A stretch of 64,000 nucleotides of DNA from Heteronotia binoei (Eukaryota). The stretch spans positions 27,652,001 to 27,716,000 of the forward strand of contig NC_083240.1 of the NCBI RefSeq assembly GCF_032191835.1, read 5' to 3'. The notes below the pieces were generated by a model. It made no database searches, had not been told where the DNA came from, and saw only the letters and a list, made by a program, of their open reading frames with translations. Within the stretch, counting starts at the first letter, position 1; each line of letters opens with the position of its first letter. The translations under genes and the position numbers were made by a program. Shown in pieces: positions 50,231-58,708 of this stretch.

Positions 50231-51634
50231 GCCATCGCTCTTGCAGAGTTGTCCTTGAAAAGATGGAAAGGCAGCTTAGTGAGGCTGAGGGAGGGCAGCA
50301 GGCAGGGTGGAGCTGCACTTCCGCATTCTTGTTGTTCCTTTGCCCTGAAGCTGTCACCATGTCCAAAAACAGGCGCTGGGTAAAGATGGTAAGGGTGGCA
50401 GGGAACTGGAGGGCCCTGACTGGCTAGGTGCTACTGGTTGAACACCGAGTTATTTGTTCCAGCAGGAGCAATCTATCTGAGCCTGCCTCGGCGGGGAAGG
50501 CGGGATATAAATAAAAACTTATTGTTATTATTATTAACTTGGAATATTAGTAGCAATATACTGAAAGAAGAACATAAGAGACGCCATGTTGGATCAGGCC
50601 AGTGGTCCATCCAGTCCAACACTCTGTGTCACACAGTGGCCAAAACAACCAGGTGCCATCAGTGGAGCCAGAACACTAGACGCCCTTCCACTGTTGCCCC
50701 CCTACAAGCACCAGAAGACAGAGCATCACTGCCCTAGACAGAGAGTTCCAGCAATACCCTGCGGCTAATAGCCACTGATGGACCTCTGCCCCATATGTTT
50801 ATCCAATCCCCTCTTGAAAGACTGGCAGCCTTAAGTTACACCATGATTTGAACCAATCTGTGAGGTAGCAGCTAAAGTGCTCGACTTTGATCTGAGAGAG
50901 AGACCTGGGTTCAAATCTCCACTCAGCCAAGAGGCTCACTGGGTGCTCTTGGGCTTGACCTAACTTCTCCACAAGGTTATTGTGTGTATAAAATGTGAGG
51001 AGGGAGTTGTTAAGGAATGGGCGAATGAATGATACCCACAACTCACTGGAAGAAGTGTGGAATAAAAATAGGAATTGGGGGTTTTTTCTTAGTTATTCCC
51101 ACAGGGTTGCATCTTTAGAGGGCTCTTGCAGAATATCTTTTAACTTTTTCTGTCTATCATAAACTAGCAGGCTACATCTGGACATTTCCATAGAGCCGTG
51201 CTGCAAGCCGAGATGGAAAATAACATCCATGAGGAAAGGAAACTTCACTCACATAAACTGCATTAGATTTGTCAGTTTTAGTACATTAATTAATCAAACC
51301 TACAATCACATGCCCAGGGATGTTCCTAGGTGGGTGCAGGGCCCTGGAACCAATTCCTCCCACCCACCCGCTAAGCACTCAAGACTTCCCAGTCCCACAA
51401 GATTTCCATTGCCTTGGCAACTGGCTTGGGCAGAGCAGTCTCTACAGTGGATGTTGAGAGATGAGTCCCACTGGAGGTAGCATGATGACAGAAAACGTGT
51501 GGTGACCTCCACTTTCAGCCCCCCCCCCCCAATTACCCTGCTGATCACCTGGGTACCAAAGTTAGTACTGGGCGACTCTTCCACCCAGATGATGAGCAAT
51601 GGCTCTGGGGCTTTAAACATCTGTCCCCAGCCCT

Positions 51635-51835
51635 GCCCTGGATAGCTCAGGCAAGCCTGATCTTATCAGATCTTGGCAGCTAAGCTGGATTGATTCTGGC
51701 AAGTACCTGGATGGGAGACCTCCTTGGAATACCAGCAATCGGGAGGGCAGGGGCAGGTTTTATTCGGCCACCTCTGAATATCCTCCAGGCCCCCAGTAGG
51801 GGTTGGTCACCAGAGGCTGACATGACTTCCAGGTA
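51635..51835 (+). mobile_element. 5S-derived SINE variant
   Basis: gcctgatcttatcagatcttggcagctaagc...tggatgggagacc. Confidence 0.7.
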
Positions 51836-52604
51836 CATGCACAGACACACACACACACACACAAAATACAAAATTATTTTTTGAAAAACCTTCTGTCCCC
51901 CTCATACTTCAAGTGGCAAAGCCACTCTCAGTCCGCTGTGGGCAGTAGCCTCAGTAGCTCTTCAAGTGTCATTCCTTTATTCTTCATTTGACTTAATTCA
52001 ATTTACTTATTCGGTACATTTTAATCCCACATTTCCTCCAAGGAGCTCAAGGTGGTGTGTCTCATTCTATCCCCACCCCCATCCATTTTATCCTCGTTTT
52101 ATCCTCAGCCGCCCTGAGCCTGTTGGAGGAGGGCGGAATATAAATCTGATAAATACAAAAATAAATCACAACCACCCTGTCTAGGCTGAGAGACAGCAAC
52201 TGACTCAGGGCCACCCAACGCATTTCACGGCAGAGTGGAGATTCAAAACTGGTGGCACTTCACAGTTGCCAAATAATGCACTTTCAGTCTACTTCCAATG
52301 CACTTTAGCGATAGTTTGCAAGTGGGTTTTCCTGTTTTGCATGGTGAAAATGCATCAGAGGGGGAACAAAAGTGCACTATTCAGCCATGAGTGAAAGGGG
52401 GTCTCCCAGATCTTGGTCCTGCACTCTAATCACCACACCATGTGGCTATTAAATGGTGGACAAATTACACATTATTATGGTGCAGGTCTTCAGAGTTTTC
52501 ATGCAACAAACCAAGTTGTGCCAGGTGGTCTGGGTATTGCTTTCTGGTTAGCTATTTCATTCTCCCCCCCCCCCCCGCCCCACACCGGGCGTGTTCTCTT
52601 CTAG

Positions 52605-52709
52605 GTCACACAGTGAATCATCTACCCAGCATTCCCACAGGCACAGCAGCTGCAGTTCCCGGAGTGCCTCCCTCTCCTCAGGTTACAGCAACTGCAAATC
52701 AACAAGTCG
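52605..52709 (+). CDS. SRRM3: SRRM3 coding exon 9 (105 nt): SHSESSTQHSHRHSSCSSRSASLSSGYSNCKSTS(R)
   Basis: Acceptor tctcttctAG, donor CG|GTAGGT, phase 2-2. Confidence 0.9.
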
Positions 52710-52799
52710 GTAGGTCACAGTAACATTTGCTTTGGCCTCAGGTTTGGGGGGAAATGGGCAGTGATGCCAAAGTAAGGGGGAAGGGAAGGCGGCGTGGTA

Positions 52800-53150
52800 C
52801 AGTCGGATCTCATCAGATCTCAAAAGCTCAGCGCAGTCAGTACTTAGAAGAGAGACCACCAAGGAAGACTCTGCAGAGGGAGGCCATGGCCAACCACCTC
52901 TGCATCTCCCTTGCCTTGAAAGCTCCTTCCTGGGATTGTCATAAGCAAGGCTTTTTTGTAGCAGGAGCTCCTTTACATATTAGGCCACACACCCCTGATG
53001 TAACCAATCCTCCTAGAGCTTACAGTAGGCCCTGTACTAAGAGCCCTGTAAGCTCTTGGCTACATCAGGGGTGCGTAGCCTAATATGCAAAGGAGTTCCT
53101 GCTACAAAAAAAGCCCTAATAAGTCAACTGTGACTTGGCAGGACTTTACA
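52800..53150 (+). mobile_element. 5S-derived SINE with nested octamer hairpin MITE (52946-53118) between exons 9 and 10
   Basis: The SINE tail gtcataag|tcaactgtgacttg is split by the MITE. Confidence 0.8.
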
Positions 53151-53215
53151 CTACACACATTAGGGTCAGGATGGGCCACCTTTGACTGACTTCTCTTTGC
53201 CCCTTTCCCTTTCAG

Positions 53216-53393
53216 ACTGAGCCCCAAGTACAGAGAGGATGGCCAGAAGGCCAACAGCCATCGGTCCAGCCGAAGTCCCTCCTCTTCTTGCACTGGTCAC
53301 AGCCGATCAGCCACACCTCACCAAAACGGACACAAGGGAAGCACCCAGAATGGCCGCCATAGCCACGGTGCCCTATCGGAGAAACAACAGGAG
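53216..53393 (+). CDS. SRRM3: SRRM3 coding exon 10 (178 nt): LSPKYREDGQK...HSHGALSEKQQE
   Basis: Long pyrimidine tract plus ttcAG; donor GAG|GTACGG; ends in phase 0. Confidence 0.88.
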
Positions 53394-54871
53394 GTACGGA
53401 TGCTTCTGTTTCATTCTGGTTTCACCCTACCCTGATCTTCCTTCCCAGAACAGCCTGCCCTGTTTTCGCATTTCACTGACCAACTAAATAATTTCGCTCC
53501 AGGTATGACAGATGACACTGGTTCTGTTACTTCGCAAAAGAATGGATTGGGGAAGGTGATTTTCTTCCTCCATTCCCCCTGTCCCTCCCTCTCCTGCCTA
53601 TCATAGACTGACAGGCAACAGCTGGCTACATCTGGGTATTTCCATAGAGGTATGCTGCAAGCAGAGGTGGAAAATAGCATCCTTGGGAGAAGGAAGCACA
53701 TCTGAGAGGCTTCCCTTAAGACCTGTTCCAAATTTGGATGGGCAAGATTCTTTTATTCATAGGTTTAATTTAATTTAATGTAATTTAATTTTTTAATTTA
53801 TACCCCACCCTATCCCGCAAGCGGGCTCTGGGCAGCTTACAACATTAAAACCTTACAGAAACATTAAACATGACAAGTAGTTCTTGCAGGTAGGCCTCTG
53901 AGAAGAGGTTGAGGAGGAGGTGTGCCAAGGTTGTACATCCTGTTCCCCAAATGCCCTGCTGCCAAATTCTGACAGATGTTACCCCTTTTAATGATTTGTG
54001 GCTGGCAAACAGGGAGAGGCAGAAGGCACAGGTCGGTGGTCAGATTCAGCTCAGCAGCCTCCCTACTTTATTTTAAAGCAATGGAGCCTCTGGGTGAGGG
54101 AGGATGTTCTTTGTGAAGGTTCCAGGTTCAGGCTCTGGCACCTCTAGGTGAAGAATCTCAAGTGGTAGGTGTTGGGAAGGGCCCTTCTTTGCCTGAGAGC
54201 TTGGAAAATCACTGCCAGTCAAAACAGCTAGCTGGACCAATGATCTGACTCTGTATAAGGCAGCTCAGTATTTTTGTACATTCAGCTCTAGCAGGGGTGG
54301 TCACACCTGCTTAACATAAGAGCCACATAGAATAAACATCAGATGTTTGAGAAGGAAAGAAGGAAGGAAAATAGATGGAGGAGGAGGGAGGGAGAGAGAG
54401 GTGGAAAGAAAGCAACTTAAATGCATTCTCCAAGCTGCCAGCTGGCTTTGCAAAGTGATTTAAAAAGAGAAATGTCTTTTTGAAGCCAGCCAATGGGTCG
54501 ATGGTGACTTTGAGAGCCACATAAATATGTGTGGAAGAACCACATGTGGCTTCTGAGCCACAGTTTGTCCACCCCTGAACTGTCTGGTCAAACATTTCTG
54601 GTTAAACATTTTTTGCAAGATATTGTCATGCTCTGAAAACCTACAAAATCTGTTTCATGAGCAAAATGGTAGTGGGATTTTTTTTTTAAGTGTGCGCATC
54701 ACAGGCAATCTTGCCTGTATCATACCACCTTCAATTCCCTGAAAAGCTATTTTCCATCTCCAGTCTTGGTACTATATTTGACTGTTGCCCAGGGGACAAG
54801 GTGTGTCCTTAGCGTTGTAGTGGTGCACCACTTGGGAGAACTCCTAAGGATGTCAAGCAAGACTCAAGTGG

Positions 54872-54978
54872 AGCTCAACTGCTGCTTGAGTCATCTAGCA
54901 TCTGTCACCAGCACTGGCATCTTAAGCTCAACTGCTGCTTTAGTCATCTAGCATTAGGTCACCAGCACTGGCATCTTA
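54872..54978. repeat. Tandem duplication of a ~53-bp unit
   Basis: agctcaactgctgctt.agtcatctagcat...gtcaccagcactggcatctta x2. Confidence 0.9.
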
Positions 54979-57529
54979 AGCAGAGAGTAACACCTTTCTA
55001 AGTCCATTACAGTCAATAGAGGAGTATGACTTTTCTTAAGACGGCACTGCAAATGCTGTAGCCAGATAGCGGTAATAATAATTAATAAATCAGGTTTTCG
55101 GGACCATGGAGAGCTCCCAGGTAACACACGTGTTGCTCTAACTAGGGGCCTGAGGGGAGCCAATCACTTCAATAGTAAAGCCAACCTGCACAACGACCAG
55201 TCAGTGCCCCCTTAGCCAAGAGCTATTTATTTATTTGCTTCGTTTATGTTCAACCTTTCTCCCCAAAGTGACTTACATCATTCTCCCCTCCTCTATTTTA
55301 TCTTCCCAACAACCCTGCAAGGTAGGTGAGGCTGAGAGGGCGTGATTGGCCCAAGGGCACCTAACAAAGGGAATTGGAATTTGCGTTTCCCAAATCCTAG
55401 TCCGACACTCTCACTACTACACCACTCTAGCAGAAATCTAACTGAGCAGAGCCTTGACTTGGAGCCTAGCACTCCAGCATGCAGATCTTCTGTCTGCGGC
55501 TTCACTGCTAACTGCTTCCAAGGAAGCAAGAGGTGCGTGCAGCAGCTGGGTTGTGGGTTCTGGTCCTTGTTCTCAGGATTCAGAATCCCTGGCTCCAGGG
55601 GCAGATCCTTCTGTTGTCATCTTCCTCTGGCTGGCCTGCGGGGCTCTTCCTTATTCCAGACCTCAAGCCAACTTGGAATCTGCAAGAGGCACGTTGACCC
55701 GCATGTACAGAACTCCTCCTATTCCTTTTTTCCTTAGAATTATTGGCACCTGGTGATCAGCACCTGCACATGTCCAGAGGCATAACCCAGATTTTCCCTT
55801 GAGAACCCTAGCACTAGATACATTTTGCTTAGTGAGTCCTGAGCAAGGGCGAGTGTTCTGTTTGGACACCTTTGGTATTCCTTATTCTGCTCACTTCATC
55901 TCTCTGCCCTCCATTTGAATCCAAATTTCTCAGTGTTTTGAAAGTCAGAACATTCCTGCGCAGAAATTTAATTTGCATCCCACTCCAGTTCCCCACACCT
56001 TCATTCTTCTGAGTTGGGGGCTTCTTTCCACTTGTGCCCCTCTTTAAAATAACAATAAACACCTATTTATTGTTATCTTGTCAATAATTCCCCCCTTTCT
56101 TTTTCACATTACAAACCCACGCCATTTTCCTTCCATTTATCTCATTATCTGTTTCCGCTTTCTGTGATATCCCCCCCACCGGCAGGTCAAAAAGGTTGTG
56201 TTCAGTAAATAAAACCAGTGATTCCCTATCTGTGTGACAAAACCGAATTGCCAGGGCATTGAAAGAGACAAATTAATTTCAATAGTGAAAATCTCCTGTG
56301 GTCCTAAAGTAGTCACATGCAGAGGAAGCTGTTGTGTCCCTGAATGATTTACTGCCCTGGCCTTGCCTCTTTCCAGTCAGGCTTCTTTTAGTATGATTCT
56401 GTTATTCTTAGTGCGGAGATTTGCACTAGAATTACCAAGCCACTGAGAAAGCTGCCTGTTGTATCTCTACATGGGTCTCTACGCTAGCCTTGCCTCCTTC
56501 CAATTCCGGAAGTATCTCTGTATCAGCTGTGCTTTGATCCTTCAATGACTCCCAATACAAAGAGGCAGTGGAACTGCCTGTCTGTGGAGGAGGCTACCCA
56601 TTGCAACTCTGCATGAATCACCAATTTGGGCATATTTTCTTCCAATCAGGAGGCATTCCCAGATGAAGAACTCATTCAGAAAATGACCAGGTGTGCTCCT
56701 CTGGTGGAGGACAATTCTTCTTATATGTTGTAAAACTTAGCTGCTTTTAGGTGCAGCCGCATCATATGCCATCAGTTTTAATTTGTGTGGAAGTCTGCCT
56801 CGGATCTCAGAATTTGTGGGAAATACTGGTTTAGACAAAATGTCTTTTGATGACAGACACGATCCCTTCTTGTTGTCCCCCTGTCCTGCCCTAAGACAAG
56901 ACTGAGCAAACAATACTTAACAAAATCCCTTCTGCTAACAAGCATGGCCTTTACTCTTCTCCAAGATTTTTTTTATTTTTAATTCCAATCTGTGTTTTTC
57001 TTTAGCCTCCTGTTTGAAAAGCGGTAATATAAAATTCCATTTCTTTGCTTGGCAGAAGCAGGGAAAGGGAGGGCGGGGAGGTGAAAATGGGTGTGCCTTT
57101 TTTGTTCCCCCATCGTTCTTTACCAATTTTTTCCCTTTTGTCATGTACAGAAATGCAAACTCTTCCTTCACTCCCTTTTTTTACTTCTGTTCTTGTCATG
57201 TGGATCTAGAGTTTTTCTCTTTTTTTGAAATGTCTTTCTTTTTTTGTTTTATGTGTGTGCGTGTGTGTGTGTGTGTTACTGTGGAACCCACCCTGGCCAA
57301 TTGTAATCAATGCACAGACATCTCTCTTGACAGCTCTTAACCCATCCCTTATATGTTTCAACCTCAGATTTAAAAGGGAAGGCACCTGAACTACCTTTTT
57401 TAAAAACAATTAGCAGATTTCTACCTATCACATTTTTATCTCACCTTCCTTCCAGAGAGGCCTACATGTATTCCTCTCCTGATGACAGGAGTTATAAACT
57501 TAGACATATAGTTTAGTTTAGTGCTTTCC

Positions 57530-57725
57530 CACTGTTCCCTCTAAGCTGTCAAGTCTTGTGAGCAAAAATTCTGCTTTGTAAACTAGTGGCATAAAAGTTG
57601 TGAGCTACTGCATAAATTACTTTGCTCCGGGGCCATTTTTTCCTGAGCTAAGACAAAAATGTGTGAGCTGGAGGCTAAACAAAACTGTGAGCTAGCTCAC
57701 ACTAACTCAGTTTAGAGGGAACATC
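57530..57725. mobile_element. hAT MITE (CAGTGTTCCCTCTAAG family); another copy at 60484-60684
   Basis: TIRs; the 60484 copy has TSD gtcataag/gccataaa. Confidence 0.8.
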
Positions 57726-57849
57726 ATAGCTGAAGCTGTAGGGTGAGAGATTCAGGACAACCAAAAGGAATGACTCCTTCACAGGGCACATAGTTAAACT
57801 GTGGAACTTGCTGCTGCAGAATGCGGTGATGGCCACAAACTTGGAAGGC

Positions 57850-58217
57850 TTTTATTTATTAGCTATTTTTTAAATCGCCGCTCACCCAAAGGGTCTCATG
57901 GCAGCTTACAGCATTAAAACCAATAAGTTGAAAACAGCATAAAAACAAATAGCGGATATTAAATATTACAAAATATTAAAATATCTGGCTATCACCATAC
58001 CCCTAAGAAAACAGCCCAAACATGCTGTTACCCTCCAAAGGTCAGCCTATATAATTCAGCTTTGTATGCCCTACAGAAACTAAACAAGTACAGCAGGACA
58101 TGAGTGTCATCTGAGAGTGCATTTCATGGGGCAGGGGCTGTAAGTGAGAAGGTCCTTCCCCTGGTGAGAGCTAACCAAGCCCTCCTGGAGCCAGGCACTG
58201 GCAAGAGGCCCCTAGAG
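57850..58217 (-). mobile_element. L2-clade LINE 3' fragment
   Basis: tttttaaatcgccgctc...gggtctcatggcagcttaca; ttcatggggcaggggctgtaagtgagaaggtcc. Confidence 0.6.
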
Positions 58218-58708
58218 CAGGGGTCCCCAACCCCCGGGCCATGGACCCCGGTACCGGAGCCAGGCCTTGAGCTGTATAATTATTGCATTATATATTACAT
58301 TATATATTACAATGTAGTAATAAGAAGACATTAGATTTATATCCTGCCCTTCACTCCAAATTTCAGAGTCTCAGAGCAGTTCACAATCTCCTTTATCTTC
58401 CTCCCCCACAGCAGACACCCTGTGAAGTAGGTGGGGCTGAGAGAGCTCTCACAGAAGCTGCCCTTTCAAGGACAACTCCTGCGAGAGCTATGGCTGACCC
58501 AAGGCCATTCCAGCAGCTGCAAGTGGAGGAGTGGGGATTCAAACCCAGTTCTCCCAGATAAGAGTCCGCACACTTAACCACCACACCAAATGCTTTAGAA
58601 ATAAAGTGTGCCATTGTATCATCCTGAAACCATCCCCCTCTCCTGGTCCACGGGAAATTTGTCTTTCACAAAACCGGTCCCTGGTGCCAAAAAGGTTGGG
58701 GACCGCTG
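58218..58708. mobile_element. MER1/Charlie3-like hAT MITE with nested Squam3-like SINE (58322-58590)
   Basis: TIR caggggtccccaacc / ggttggggaccgctg; perfect TSD ccctagag. Confidence 0.88.

Noticed and set aside
124-53150. 5S rRNA or tRNA genes
   Set aside because: All 5S-like and tRNA-like segments are diverged, partial, and fused to LINE-derived tails, so they are SINE heads.
374-53393. Identity as SRRM2 or SRRM4
   Set aside because: The SRRM2 MYNGIGLPTPRGSG N-terminus is absent, and the cwf21-containing N-terminus and downstream peptides match SRRM3 rather than SRRM4.
54872-54978. 53-bp tandem duplication as a CRISPR-like or functional array
   Set aside because: Only two units with no spacers, in a eukaryotic intron; an ordinary slippage duplication.
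55342-55760. Possible next SRRM3 exon in the ORFs at 55342-55756
   Set aside because: Translations lack the RS/proline-rich character expected, and no acceptor/donor pair is convincing.
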